A stretch of DNA of 64,000 nucleotides from an uncultured Methanolobus sp. (lineage in GTDB: Archaea > Halobacteriota > Methanosarcinia > Methanosarcinales > Methanosarcinaceae): positions 384,001-448,000 of the forward strand of contig OY776215.1 in the NCBI GenBank assembly GCA_963675495.1. Direction: 5' to 3'. The notes under the pieces were generated by a model, which did no database searches, was not told where the DNA came from, and was given only the letters and a program-made list of their open reading frames with translations. A program made the position numbers and the translations under genes. This document shows, in pieces, positions 30,526 to 41,874 of the stretch (position 1 is the first letter of the stretch; the number at the start of each line of letters is the position of its first letter).

Positions 30526-30726
30526 ATGGCAGACGATGAACAGAAAGTACTTGATGCACTTAAAGATGCAGCAAAACCACTCAGACCTGGTGACATTGCA
30601 GAAGCAACCGGCCTTGAAAGCAAAGAGGTCAGCAAAATACTCAAGAAACTAAAGAGCTCAGATGCAGTCTGCACTCCTAAAAGATGTTTCTATGCACATG
30701 CTGACTACGAAAAACCAAGTGAATAA
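30526..30726 (+). CDS. Small winged-helix protein
   Basis: PLRPGDIAEATGLESKEVSKILKKLK...PKRCFY; GGAG upstream. Confidence 0.8.
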   Translation: MADDEQKVLDALKDAAKPLRPGDIAEATGLESKEVSKILKKLKSSDAVCTPKRCFYAHADYEKPSE

Positions 30727-30828
30727 AACCTTTTTATTCCTTTTTATCCTATTTTTTACATTGATTTATTCCACTTTTATTTTTCAACCATCATCCCTAG
30801 CTTAATATGCTTATTTCAATAGCCAAGT

Positions 30829-31110
30829 AATGTTGAAAAACCTCTTACACCGGGAACACTTGATAAATATATCAGTACCGTTGGTACATTCTACAAATCG
30901 TTTTACATTGAGATCCCAAAATTACCAAGGTCAAAAAATAAGGTGAGACCCCTTAAAGAGAATACGAAGAAGATAAAGAAGAAAGGTATTCAGCAGGCTT
31001 TATTGTCAAAGCTTATAGTAGGATTTCCGAAAATGCAGGCATGAGTACGACGAAGGGCTCATTCAACATCTTCAGAAGCTACAATTTGCGTAAATTCTTC
31101 AAAATATTGG
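30829..31110 (+). pseudogene. Decayed tyrosine recombinase/integrase fragment
   Basis: LTPGTLDKYISTVGTFYKSFYIEIPKLPRSKNKVRPLKEN (core-binding domain end), then in another frame ISENAGMSTTKGSFNIFRSYNLRKFF (degenerate HxxR box). Confidence 0.65.
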
Positions 31111-31182
31111 CATCTTCTCAGGTCTATCAAATGTTTTTTAGTGGGGCGACTGAATCAATTATCCGGTGTATGTGAATTCGGA

Positions 31183-31275
31183 ATGATCAGTTTTGCAACT
31201 AACTTTAGCTAGGTTGGCTCTAAGCTTTTTACACCATATTTTGTGGATACCTGAATATTCTTTGTACCACATGCC
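31183..31275 (-). pseudogene. cdhB: Probable 5' remnant of cdhB (ACDS epsilon subunit)
   Basis: Directly after cdhA the minus strand reads TKNIQVSTKYGVKSLEPT*LKLVAKLI, resembling the CdhB N-terminus as I recall it. Confidence 0.5.
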
Positions 31276-31280
31276 GTAGA

Positions 31281-33686
31281 TCATGCTTCCTTACAAAGTC
31301 TTTTTAGATTAGTCGGTTGGGCTGAAGCATCCAGTTTCATGGACGGACCTGAGAGGATCTTCTTCTTGTCCCAATCGATCTCCCATCCATGTTCTTCTTC
31401 AAGCATCTTGAGAAGTTCTCCACGCTTTGCAAGAGGCAGGTCTGTTTCGGTCCTGACAAAAGTGTGCCAGTCATCGGGCATTATTCCGAGATACTTCTGG
31501 CTGAGTTCAATATAATGAGTGAGTTTGATCATCCTACCCATATTATTGTCACTCGGGCGTATGCAGCTCTTGGCAAGCATTGGCATTAGCTCTTCAATAG
31601 TTTCCACCGTTGTCAGCAGGTATTCAGGCGCAGGCGCTATTGGCATCACTTCACCATTACGTGCATCGTATACTTTCCATTTGTCCATATCATATGGTTT
31701 ACCGATTATCGCCCTGCGGAACTTCGAGCCGTGGGGTCCGAGCACCACAGGTATTCCCAGTCTGTTGCACCCTGTTCCAATGGACAGGGCTTTCTGTGAA
31801 TAGGCCCCCCAGGCAATCCCAACTGCACCCACACGGTTCAGGATATAGTCAGCGATCTCTTCGTAGTTACCAGTGATGTCCCTCTGTGCAAATATTGCTG
31901 CAACTTTTATTGCAACTGCCGTAATATGGGAGTTGGACACACAGGAACCCATATTGATCAGGTTGCCTTTGAGGAACTTTGCCGGATACTTCTCATAGAG
32001 TGTCTGCCCCTCCTCATCCTTATACATTCCAACATCCATTCCCGAACATCCTGAGACAAGGACAATGTAATTCCTCTTAAGCATCTCATCTGCTATATCG
32101 TACACATCCTTAGTTCCACCCGGATAATTCGAACATCCCACTATTGCAATGATGCCAGGTGTTGTTCCAAGTACAAGGTTTACTCCTTCTTCCCGGATCT
32201 CGGGGTCACTGATCTGACCTCTTCCAACCCTTACTTTTCCTATTTCTTCCCGTATGATCTTCTGTGCCGCTTTCTCGATTACATTCAGTACAGGAATATC
32301 CTTTGGGCATGAATTGTCGCATCTGCCACATCCTATACATTTGTCGCGGAGTATCTCAAATGGTTCAAGGTCTCCACCTTCTGCAGCAGTCATTGCATCG
32401 CTGATCGGCAGATTGGTCGGACACGCAAGCTCACAGGCCAGGCAGTGGACACATCTTGACGTAAGTTCTTTGAACTCGTCTTCGGATGGGAGGCCCCTTA
32501 TCCCTTTTTCGTCGCGTATGATCGCCATCTTTTGCACAAGACGTGGTGCCAGCTCTCCAAGCTTGTCAAAGTCAAGCATGAGCGCACCGGGCTCCTTTCC
32601 ACTGGCCAGATCATTAAGGACTTCATCTACACTGTCATCTGACCTGTCCGGAAGACCATACATTATTTTCGCATTGGTGGTGATCACAGGAATCATGAGC
32701 TTCTGTGCCTCTCTGAGAACATCGGCACGCACACACTGTTCATCAACAACAACGACATCCGGAACACCTGAACGTATCATCTTCAGCTGTTTGGCAAGGG
32801 TACTGACTATCTTTGCTTTTGGGGCTTTCCCGCCCTCTGTCTTATAGCGGGTCATGTCAAGGGCGGTACAGCATAGTCCACCAAGTTCTATCTTATCAAG
32901 AATATCATGTTCTTCCATGTAATCAATTATATTGGAAACACCTGCCATATTGTGCCCTATAACTATCAGTACAGGTTTTGTGGAATCAATTGTTCCCATC
33001 CCTATCTCTGCAAGAGGTGTTTCGGGTTCTCCCTTTGGGAATTCCAGACATGATATCTGTGCGATATCAGATACTTCCATTCCCACATGATCAAGCATCC
33101 CGGCGTGCAGAGCCTTTGACTCGAAATCGATAGCTTCACCTTCCTGGCCCATGTGGATGGTTGCTATTAGCTGGGTCAGCTGTTCTTCTACATACACCAG
33201 TACCGCTTCAAGATCACCGATGGTTTCTGGTTTGTATCCTGTGACAGTCTGAGTGTTAGGTGCTTTGATGTTAGATGGGCCCACATCAATGGGATAATCC
33301 CTGCCGAATTTTTCGATCAAATAATGAAGAAGGTGACGTCCGTGTGCAGAGTGGGCCGCAGCTCCTACTATCGTACTAAGCAGGAACTCCCGTGCGCTCT
33401 GACCTTCCAGATTGATGCCACAAGCTCCTTCTTTGTTACCGGTCAGATCACATGTACCGAATGTACAGTAGCTGCATTGGTCGGATGTCGGTGTATAGAC
33501 AGGTTCGTATCGATCGAGCAGTTTAAAATCCCAGCTCCTCAATGCTGCTATTCCGGGTTTTGGTGTTGGTCCACCCTCACCTTTTTCTTCAATCTCCTTT
33601 TCGATAGCTCCTACAATGTTACTAACATTGATCTGAACGTTTTCCAAGTCTTCGATGGAAATCTTACCTGAAGTTAGCTTACTCAT
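31281..33686 (-). CDS. cdhA: CO dehydrogenase/acetyl-CoA synthase complex alpha subunit
   Basis: [24 protein letters not shown], two ferredoxin motifs, [14 protein letters not shown]. Confidence 0.97.
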   Translation of the reverse strand: MSKLTSGKISIEDLENVQINVSNIVGAIEKEIEEKGEGGPTPKPGIAALRSWDFKLLDRYEPVYTPTSDQCSYCTFGTCDLTGNKEGACGINLEGQSAREFLLSTIVGAAAHSAHGRHLLHYLIEKFGRDYPIDVGPSNIKAPNTQTVTGYKPETIGDLEAVLVYVEEQLTQLIATIHMGQEGEAIDFESKALHAGMLDHVGMEVSDIAQISCLEFPKGEPETPLAEIGMGTIDSTKPVLIVIGHNMAGVSNIIDYMEEHDILDKIELGGLCCTALDMTRYKTEGGKAPKAKIVSTLAKQLKMIRSGVPDVVVVDEQCVRADVLREAQKLMIPVITTNAKIMYGLPDRSDDSVDEVLNDLASGKEPGALMLDFDKLGELAPRLVQKMAIIRDEKGIRGLPSEDEFKELTSRCVHCLACELACPTNLPISDAMTAAEGGDLEPFEILRDKCIGCGRCDNSCPKDIPVLNVIEKAAQKIIREEIGKVRVGRGQISDPEIREEGVNLVLGTTPGIIAIVGCSNYPGGTKDVYDIADEMLKRNYIVLVSGCSGMDVGMYKDEEGQTLYEKYPAKFLKGNLINMGSCVSNSHITAVAIKVAAIFAQRDITGNYEEIADYILNRVGAVGIAWGAYSQKALSIGTGCNRLGIPVVLGPHGSKFRRAIIGKPYDMDKWKVYDARNGEVMPIAPAPEYLLTTVETIEELMPMLAKSCIRPSDNNMGRMIKLTHYIELSQKYLGIMPDDWHTFVRTETDLPLAKRGELLKMLEEEHGWEIDWDKKKILSGPSMKLDASAQPTNLKRLCKEA

Positions 33687-34200
33687 TATTCCTTACCCCT
33701 TATTCTCCCAGTGGTTTATTGGTTAGGCCAAAAATCAGTGTTATGAAATATTAAAAACGTATCAACAACTGTTGATGTCTAGGTCACTTGCACTACTATG
33801 AAGACCTTATAGATTACCAAACAGTCATCGCATATAACATTACCGCTGTTTATAATGATTATTCATGTAGTTTTTTTATATGTCCTAAAAGACATGGTTA
33901 TGATATGCATGCCATAATGCATCCTCCTGCTCAATAATAATTGAAACCCTACATTTGAGTCGGCCTATGAAATGCTGAACTCTTATCTAATAATCAGCCC
34001 GTATGGAAACATTCTCTTGAGAAATGACAATCAGCGGTCTTCAATTCCTCTTGAATAACTGGAGCATATGGAACTTTTCTTCTGAGCAGGCAGACACTAT
34101 TTTAGCCACGAAGAAGTAGTTCGTGGCAGAATTGTGCTATAAAATGAGGGTCTGTCTAAAAAACGAACATTTATATAAAAATAATTATACATATATATTT

Positions 34201-37188
34201 ATGGATTTTGCCGGGAAATTAAGAACTATTACTATAGGTTTTATCCTATTGCTCGTATCGTCCTCTTTTTTAGTGAGTGCAGCAACTGCCACCACCATAT
34301 ATGTAGATGATAGCGGTGGCCAGGATCATACCACCATCCAGGCAGCTATCAACGCATCCAATTCAAGCGATACTATCCTTGTGTATCCAGGCACGTACAA
34401 TGAGAACGTGGATGTGAACAAAGAGCTGAATATCACTTCAATAGCTGGTGCTGATGCGACGAATGTCGTGGCTCCATTAGCTGATGACCACACATTCTAT
34501 GTTACTGCAGATAATGTTACCATCAGCGGATTCAATGTGAGCAATGCCACAGGTAACAGTAGGGCAGGTATCCGTCTGCATCATTCCAGTAACATCACGC
34601 TGACAAACAACAAGGCCATAGGAAACAGTTACGGTATCTGGTTTTACTATTCCAGCTATAGTACAGCAACCAATAACAATGCTTCGGACAATACCTGGGG
34701 AATAGCACTTTCCTCTTCCAGTAACAATAACACTATAAGCAACAACATCGCATTGAGAAACGCCCAATACGGTATCTTTTTGCAATCTGACTGTAACTAC
34801 AACATGGTTACCAATAACACAGCCTCGGACAACAACTTCGGAATATATATACGTACTTCCAACAACAATAACACAATTGCAAGTAATACTGCACTAGATA
34901 ACAACTACGGGATTCGCCTAGACTCTTCCTGCAACTACAACACGCTGATAAACAACACAGCATCGTCCAATAGATATCACGGGATTTTTCTGTATGTATC
35001 GTGCAACTATAACGCTCTTACCAGTAACCTGGCCTCTGAAAATAGAAATCAAGGAATCGTACTGTACTCTTCCAGCAATAATAACACAGTAACAAACAAT
35101 AATGCATCAGACAATGTCATGAATGGAATCTTCATTGGTTCTACAAGCAACAACAACACGGTCATAAACAACAAAGCATCTGGCAATTCAGACAGTGGAA
35201 TATACATTGATGCATCCAGTGGCAACAACCTGAACAGCAACATCGTTTTGAGCAACTCCAACTACGGAATCTGGCTGTATTCTTCCAGCAACAATCTCAT
35301 CTATAACAATCATTTCAACAACAGCGCCAATACTTACTTCACAGGAACAAATACCGGCAATGTCTGGAACATCACAAGGACAGCAGGTACGAACATAATC
35401 GGTGGTTCCTGGTTAGGAGGAAACTACTGGCTCAAACCGGATGGCAGCGGGTTCAGCCAGGTAAATGATACCGATGCCAACGGTGACGCCATATGTGACG
35501 AAGTCTATACCACCGGTAATTTCACAGATTATCTACCACTGGCATTACCGGATACTACCGCACCCACCGTTACAGATGTCACATCAACTACGGGTAACGG
35601 ATCGTACAATACAGGTGATGGAATCGAGATCACAGTTACCTTCAATGAGAATGTGATTGTCACAGGTACACCACAGATCACACTTGAAACAGGTAGCATT
35701 GACAGAGTAGTGGATTACTCCACAGGCAATGGTACTGCAACTCTGGTCTTTACATATACTGTCCAGTCAGGTGACACATCATCAGATCTGGATTACAAGG
35801 GCACAACTGCATTGTCACTCAATGGTGGTGGCATCAAGGACATTTCAAATAACAATGCCAACCTGATACTGGCAACACCCGGTTCAGAACATTCACTGGG
35901 AGCAAACAAGGCTTTGGTGATCGACACCACAGCACCTGCCAGGGTGACCGATCTTGCAGGATCCTTCAATGGTTCCACCTGGATAAACTGGACATGGATC
36001 AATCCTTCTGACGGGGACTTCAATCATACAATGATATATCTGGATGGTGAATTCAAGAACAACGTAACAGGTACTGCATACAATTCAAGCGGACTGAGCG
36101 ACAACACAGATCATGAGCTCCAGGTCAGGACCGTGGATACTGCAGGAAATATCAATTACACATGGGTCAATGATAGTGCAAGTACGTCGAATACCCTGCC
36201 ACCTGCAAGTGTGACCGGACTATCGGACTCCTCAACCAGTACCACCTCGATCACATGGACATGGACCAACCCCGCAGATGTAGATTTCAATCACAGCATA
36301 ATCTATCTGAACAACGAATTCTTGATCAATGTAACAAATAGTTCGTACATTGTAACCGGTCTGAATGACAATACGTATTATGAATTACAAATCAGGACTG
36401 TGGACACAGCAGGGAATATAAATTCAACATGGGTAAATGACACTGCTGTGACAGATTCTATTGAGGACGATGATGACGACGACGATTCGGGAATCCGTGT
36501 GTCAGTTGGCCAGAGCCTTCCTCCTGAGTTCGTTATATCAACAGATTCCTCAATAAAGAGAGTTCTTGCAGGTTCAAAGATCGAATATGAATTCCCGGAT
36601 GAAGAAGGACCTGTTTTTGGCATCATTTTTGACGCAAAGAGCGATGAAGGTAATGTGGTTGCAAATGTCCAGCTACTCAAGCATTTACCAGATGATGTTA
36701 ACATCAATCCTTCAGGCAGCATCCAATTCCAGACAATGAGTATCAACGTTGGAAGCGAAGGGACGATCTCAAGTGAGAATGCTGACAATATCCAGATCCG
36801 GTTCAGGGTCACTAAGGAATGGATCCTGGAGAACAATATAGATCCTAACACAATTCGTATGACAAGATACAATGACCTTGTGTGGAGCGATCTCCCAACC
36901 AAAAAGATTGGGGAGGATGAGGAGTTCATGCATTTCACTGCCCAGACACCAGGTTTCTCCATCTTCCAGGTTCAAGGGGATGGTTCTGTAAAAGAAATGG
37001 AGAATACTAATGAAAATGCTTCAGAGTCCATCGAGGAAGAAACAACTGAAGCAGATATTGAAGAAGACGCCAACCTGCCAGGATTCACATCCCTATTTAG
37101 CATCTGCATACTTGGAATGGCAGGCTTCCTATTCAGAAGGAGAAAAGAAAGATGTTGGGTCCGGTCCCTGGGACCGGATCTACTCTAA
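34201..37188 (+). CDS. Cell-surface protein: NosD/right-handed beta-helix, FN3-like repeats, PGF-pre-PGF and PGF-CTERM
   Basis: TIQAAIN, repeated GIxLxxSxNNxxxNN, LGGNYW, two WTWxNP FN3-like units, TPGFSIF and LPGF+TM. Confidence 0.9.
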   Translation: MDFAGKLRTITIGFILLLVSSSFLVSAATATTIYVDDSGGQDHTTIQAAINASNSSDTILVYPGTYNENVDVNKELNITSIAGADATNVVAPLADDHTFYVTADNVTISGFNVSNATGNSRAGIRLHHSSNITLTNNKAIGNSYGIWFYYSSYSTATNNNASDNTWGIALSSSSNNNTISNNIALRNAQYGIFLQSDCNYNMVTNNTASDNNFGIYIRTSNNNNTIASNTALDNNYGIRLDSSCNYNTLINNTASSNRYHGIFLYVSCNYNALTSNLASENRNQGIVLYSSSNNNTVTNNNASDNVMNGIFIGSTSNNNTVINNKASGNSDSGIYIDASSGNNLNSNIVLSNSNYGIWLYSSSNNLIYNNHFNNSANTYFTGTNTGNVWNITRTAGTNIIGGSWLGGNYWLKPDGSGFSQVNDTDANGDAICDEVYTTGNFTDYLPLALPDTTAPTVTDVTSTTGNGSYNTGDGIEITVTFNENVIVTGTPQITLETGSIDRVVDYSTGNGTATLVFTYTVQSGDTSSDLDYKGTTALSLNGGGIKDISNNNANLILATPGSEHSLGANKALVIDTTAPARVTDLAGSFNGSTWINWTWINPSDGDFNHTMIYLDGEFKNNVTGTAYNSSGLSDNTDHELQVRTVDTAGNINYTWVNDSASTSNTLPPASVTGLSDSSTSTTSITWTWTNPADVDFNHSIIYLNNEFLINVTNSSYIVTGLNDNTYYELQIRTVDTAGNINSTWVNDTAVTDSIEDDDDDDDSGIRVSVGQSLPPEFVISTDSSIKRVLAGSKIEYEFPDEEGPVFGIIFDAKSDEGNVVANVQLLKHLPDDVNINPSGSIQFQTMSINVGSEGTISSENADNIQIRFRVTKEWILENNIDPNTIRMTRYNDLVWSDLPTKKIGEDEEFMHFTAQTPGFSIFQVQGDGSVKEMENTNENASESIEEETTEADIEEDANLPGFTSLFSICILGMAGFLFRRRKERCWVRSLGPDLL

Positions 37189-37238
37189 AGAGTAAGTCAG
37201 GCTTACCAGGTCGATGTAATTCAGAACTTCAGTTTAGT

Positions 37239-37751
37239 CTACCCATATCTATTGTAATAGACCTTTCCTTCATCATACCTGTCCTCAGGTTCGATTTCCT
37301 GAGCAGGATGACCAATAACCACCAGTCCCAGAGGGATTACTTTTTCCGGCAGTGCGAACGCTTTTCTAAAGCTTTCAACACGATCATCCATTGGATAGGA
37401 ACCTGTCCAGACAGCACCAAGTCCCAGTTCGTGAGCAGCAAGCAAAAGGTTCTGTATGGCTGCCGAACAGTCCTGCACCCAGAATCCAGGAGCTATCTCC
37501 TTACTCGTATCCCCGCATACAAGAATAGCAAGGGGGGCTCCACGGACCATGGCTGCATAGGGGCTGTACTCTGGTATCTCATCCAGTAGCTTTCGGTCAT
37601 CGATCACCACAAACACCCATGTCTGTGCGTTCGCCGCTGAAGGCGCACTCATGGCAGCTGAAAGTAGCTCCTTTACCACTTCTCCAGATACCTTTTCTTC
37701 GGTGTACTTCCTGATACTTCGACGTGTATGAATAGCTTTTAAAACTTCCAT
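37239..37751 (-). CDS. Nitroreductase family protein
   Basis: RRSIRKY, APSAAN, QNLLLAAHELGLGAVW; start placed at MEVLK. Confidence 0.92.
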   Translation of the reverse strand: MEVLKAIHTRRSIRKYTEEKVSGEVVKELLSAAMSAPSAANAQTWVFVVIDDRKLLDEIPEYSPYAAMVRGAPLAILVCGDTSKEIAPGFWVQDCSAAIQNLLLAAHELGLGAVWTGSYPMDDRVESFRKAFALPEKVIPLGLVVIGHPAQEIEPEDRYDEGKVYYNRYG

Positions 37752-38053
37752 ATTAAACCCATCCCAATAAAAAAATAACAAAAAAGAATATGATGTGAAG
37801 CTACTTAAGGCTTCACTCAAAAGGTTGATTCCAGCTCTCTTTGCCATTGGGACAGTGAATACATAAATTGGCAATGTGCTCTGGAAATGAAGATGGGATA
37901 TCCCTTTTACAGCATAAATTTGCATAACACTGTTTTTGAACCAACTGGAACGTTTTACTCAATATTTTCAAGAGCGAAAAAAATCAAAGATAACAGAGTG
38001 GTCCTCAATTACCTCAAACCTTTCTAAAAATGAAGATAATCCATTTAATAGTA

Positions 38054-38629
38054 TCATATAAGATTATATCCCAATTTTGAAATTTCCAGTATTAGAAGAA
38101 TGAGTGTGAAATTTCCCACAAATAATGGAATTATCATTTTTTTGAATGGAAATCCCACTATTGCAAGTGCTATTGCAATTATATCACTTGGAAGAGGAGT
38201 TAATGAGTAAAAGAATATAAGCAGCATGATTATCCTGTCATCAAACTGTTCCAGGCGCTTTATCAGACGGGAAACATAAACTTCATACTTCCCCTTGATG
38301 CATGTTTTACATTTCATTCCCAGATAATAGAACAACATATCTCCAAAAGTAAGACCTGTACTTGCAATTAAAGAAAGCCACATCGAATTTACTCCACCAA
38401 AGGAAATAGCAATAAGAGCCGTGTAAAATGTGGTAGAAGTGAAAGTGGAAACACCACCTATCAGAGACATTAGGAAGATAAAAGTGTAAACATTACGAAC
38501 TCCCAGTCTTTCAACGATCTCCACGGGAGAATAGTAAAAAAGAAGAAGCGACCATAAGAATACAAATAGAACAATTAACCCAATGATCCTAACATTTCTT
38601 TTGCCATTAGAGCTAGAACATTTTCTCAT
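38054..38629 (-). CDS. Membrane protein (DedA/VTT-like)
   Basis: Multiple TMs; GDMLFYYLG and TPLPSD motifs. Confidence 0.65.
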   Translation of the reverse strand: MRKCSSSNGKRNVRIIGLIVLFVFLWSLLLFYYSPVEIVERLGVRNVYTFIFLMSLIGGVSTFTSTTFYTALIAISFGGVNSMWLSLIASTGLTFGDMLFYYLGMKCKTCIKGKYEVYVSRLIKRLEQFDDRIIMLLIFFYSLTPLPSDIIAIALAIVGFPFKKMIIPLFVGNFTLILLILEISKLGYNLI

Positions 38630-38794
38630 TTGACACCCGTTTTTTTGATGGAAATATTGTTTTTACTTTTTACCGTCATTTGACCTCATAATAAGTTGGA
38701 CATTTACTGGTAATAAATCATATCGAGAATATCAGAAAAAATCTGAGAATAACAGAAATTTAAAAAATAGAAAAACAAATGAATACCGAAGTAT

Positions 38795-40057
38795 TCATTC
38801 AAAATCACAAAGTCCGGCCATATCCAGTGTAACAAAATAGTCATCTACTGTCTCAGCTCTTCTTATCTGCACAAAACTTCCATCGGGTCTAAGGAGTATC
38901 TCTGATGACCTCAGCTTTCCATTATAGTTGAAACCCATTGCATGACCATGAGCCCCTGCATCATGGATAGCAAGTATGTCGCCTTTGGTGACTTCAGGCA
39001 GCATTCTATCAATAGCAAACTTGTCGTTGTTCTCACAAAGTGAACCTGTGACATCATAAAGCTGTGAAGCTTCTACGTTTTCCTTTCCGAGAACCGTGAT
39101 ATGATGATATGCACCATACAGAGCCGGACGCATGAGATTTGCCATGCATGCATCAGTACCTACATAGTCCTTGTAGATATGTTTCATGTGACGGACACTG
39201 GTTACAAGGTAACCATAAGGTCCTGTGATCACCCTTCCGCATTCAAGGAATATCTTCAACGGATGAAGATCACTTGCCCTGATTATCTCATCATAAACCT
39301 TGCTGACACCCTTCGCAATAACATCATAAGGCACTGGTTCCTGTTCAGGTCTGTAAGGAATACCGATTCCACCGCCAAGGTTCACGAATTCGAATTTAAT
39401 ACCTAGGTCCTTCGAGAGTTCAGCTATCAACTCGAACAGTATCTTTGCAGTCTCAATGAAATACTCAGGGTCCAGTTCATTGGAAGCCACCATTGTGTGC
39501 AGCCCGAACCTTTTGACACCTTTTTCTTTCATCATCTGGTAGCCTTCAAAAAGTTGCTCTCTGGTAAAACCGTATTTTGCTTCCTCGGGGTTACCGATAA
39601 TGGCATTTCCTTCCTTAAGCGGACCGGGGTTGTAACGGCAACAGACTATCTCCGGCAGTCCGGCAGTCTTTTCAAGATAATCAATGTGATTGATATCGTC
39701 AAGGTTGATGATAGCTCCAAGCTCCTTTGCCTTGATGAACTCCTCTTCAGGAGTGTCATTGGAACTGAACATGATATCTTCGCCAACTATACCCGTCTTT
39801 TTCGCAAGCATAAGTTCTGGAAGGGAACTGCAGTCAGCTCCGAAGCCCTCGGCTTTGAGCAGTTTCATGATATAAGGATTAGGAAGGGCTTTTACTGCAA
39901 AATATTCCTTGAATCCATTGACAATGCTGAATGCTTCCTTGAGTTTTCTTGCATTCTCAATTATTCCCTTCTCATCATATACATGGAAAGGAGTAGGATA
40001 CTTTTCAATTATCTCTGCAATCTTTTCCTTTGTGAACGGAACTTGTTTTGACACCAT
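38795..40057 (-). CDS. lysA: Diaminopimelate decarboxylase
   Basis: YPTPFHVYDE, FAVKA (PLP lysine), NLGGG, CENND, HGHAMGFNYN. Confidence 0.93.
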   Translation of the reverse strand: MVSKQVPFTKEKIAEIIEKYPTPFHVYDEKGIIENARKLKEAFSIVNGFKEYFAVKALPNPYIMKLLKAEGFGADCSSLPELMLAKKTGIVGEDIMFSSNDTPEEEFIKAKELGAIINLDDINHIDYLEKTAGLPEIVCCRYNPGPLKEGNAIIGNPEEAKYGFTREQLFEGYQMMKEKGVKRFGLHTMVASNELDPEYFIETAKILFELIAELSKDLGIKFEFVNLGGGIGIPYRPEQEPVPYDVIAKGVSKVYDEIIRASDLHPLKIFLECGRVITGPYGYLVTSVRHMKHIYKDYVGTDACMANLMRPALYGAYHHITVLGKENVEASQLYDVTGSLCENNDKFAIDRMLPEVTKGDILAIHDAGAHGHAMGFNYNGKLRSSEILLRPDGSFVQIRRAETVDDYFVTLDMAGLCDFE

Positions 40058-40280
40058 TGGTCTACCTCTTTAATTGTCTGGTTCCTTAAAACTCGGTACA
40101 CAAATAAATAGTTGATTGGAAAGTATCAAAAAAAATAGCACATTCCTGTCTTTTTTAGAACGCAGAATATTTATAGGACTTGTTCGCATATTATAGAACA
40201 ATTGGGAGTTATATGGTTTCAGACCGATTCTAAAAGGACAGTTTACGAATACCTGAGATTGTAGAAAAGAGGATATAGGA

Positions 40281-40790
40281 ATGAATGACAAGGATCATTA
40301 CTCCAGTGACGACGACTCGCATGATAAGATCACAAGTATTGATGAACTGATAGAGCACATCATGAAATTGTTCTCCGCCAGTCTCGATGAAAATAATAGT
40401 AAGCCTGTGATACATGGTTTTACAATAATCGACCAGCCAGGGAAAAAACCAACGATATTTGGCTTTAAGGGTCAAACCGGGGCTGAAAACTTCGACTACG
40501 AAGATGAAGATGAGAGCGAAGGGGATTTCTACATATTTAACCAGGAACCTTTCATAGATATCTTTGAAGCAGAAAATAAAGTATTCCTGCTAGCAGACCT
40601 CGGAGTTGAGGAAGATTGCGTTGAATATCACGCTTATGAATCTCATGTGGAACTAAGTGTCATTACCAGCGGCACAGGTTATTCCAGGGTCATAGACCTG
40701 CCCTGCAATGTAGATCCGGCAAGCATGGCTGTATGCTACAAGAACGGCGTACTTGAACTCACGTTTGAAAATGCCGCTGATACAGAATAA
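40281..40790 (+). CDS. Hsp20/alpha-crystallin-like protein (GvpH-like)
   Basis: EPFIDIFE...ADLGV...YKNGVLEL. Confidence 0.75.
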   Translation: MNDKDHYSSDDDSHDKITSIDELIEHIMKLFSASLDENNSKPVIHGFTIIDQPGKKPTIFGFKGQTGAENFDYEDEDESEGDFYIFNQEPFIDIFEAENKVFLLADLGVEEDCVEYHAYESHVELSVITSGTGYSRVIDLPCNVDPASMAVCYKNGVLELTFENAADTE

Positions 40791-40984
40791 GCGGTATTTT
40801 TATACTCTGGTCTTTTAACTCTTTTTTAATTCAATCCTATCATTTTGAATGCTTTTGTTCTATCCCCAATTATTTTTCACTTAGCTTCAGCGTTGAACCC
40901 TTCTGAAGACATACTGAAACATACCTGACAGTCAAATACTTAAACACTAATGTCAGATTAGACAGAAAATCAGGGATAATCATC

Positions 40985-41686
40985 ATGATAAAGATTGTAA
41001 GATCAGACGAAAGACATCTTGTTGATAACGACTCACAGCACAGTTACTGGCTATTTTCATATTCAGATTATCTGGACATGAAAAATACACATTTTGGAGA
41101 CCTTAAGGTCTTTAACGATGATACTTTGTTTGCAGGAAAAGCATTCAAGCCGGAATCTGTCGATAACAAGGAAATAATCACAATAGTTCTTGAAGGAGAA
41201 CTGAGCCATGAAGACAGCACAGGAGCAAAAGAAATTCTGAAAACCGGTGATGTCCACATACTGTCTACCGGCGAAGGGGCTTCATTTTCAGGAATGAACC
41301 TCACAGCTGAGGATGCACGCCTTTGCAGGATATGGATCAATCCACTGAGACAGAATATGGAACCTACATCAAATAAAAAGAACTTTGATACTATTTCCAG
41401 GAAAAATGAACTAATTCATGTAGCTGGGCAGGGATATGCGGATGCACTCAAAATACGTGCTAACGTAACTGTTTCCATTTCAAAACTGGAAAAAGGACAG
41501 ATGGTCGATTTTCTGCCTGATATCTCAAGATACGTTTTTATTTATGTACTGGAAGGAGAATTGGATGTCTGCGGAGAAAAACTTGAAACTTATGATCAGG
41601 CTCGCATAAACCAGAATGACCCACTAGTTATCAAAGCAGAAAGTGATGCCTTTTTCATTCTTGTAGATGCCACTGGAAACTACTGA
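40985..41686 (+). CDS. Pirin family protein
   Basis: FSYSDY, FGDLKVFNDD, EIITIVLEGELSHEDSTG; some metal-binding His residues appear substituted. Confidence 0.85.
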   Translation: MIKIVRSDERHLVDNDSQHSYWLFSYSDYLDMKNTHFGDLKVFNDDTLFAGKAFKPESVDNKEIITIVLEGELSHEDSTGAKEILKTGDVHILSTGEGASFSGMNLTAEDARLCRIWINPLRQNMEPTSNKKNFDTISRKNELIHVAGQGYADALKIRANVTVSISKLEKGQMVDFLPDISRYVFIYVLEGELDVCGEKLETYDQARINQNDPLVIKAESDAFFILVDATGNY

Positions 41687-41869
41687 GAACAGCTTGAGCA
41701 GGTTGGAGTGGAAACTCCGGCCGAACTCAAAAAGCTTGGAAGCAGGAAAGCATTTGAGAGAATAATGATAGTCGATGAGAATTCATGCATAAACAAGCTT
41801 TACGCACTTGAAGGAGCTATTCAAGGAGTGCGCAAGCATCATCTGCCTGAAGATGAACAAAAAACCTAA
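41687..41869 (+). pseudogene. TfoX/Sxy C-terminal-domain remnant in frame after the pirin stop
   Basis: My translation EQLEQVGVETPAELKKLGSRKAF...LYALEGAIQGVRKHHLPEDEQKT*; no start codon at its 5' end. Confidence 0.75.
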
Positions 41870-41874
41870 GAGTA

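Noticed and set aside
33700-34120. Long intergenic region upstream of cdhA examined for a hidden gene or ncRNA
   Set aside because: The part I translated gave no convincing ORF, and I saw no convincing structure. It is probably divergent promoter DNA.
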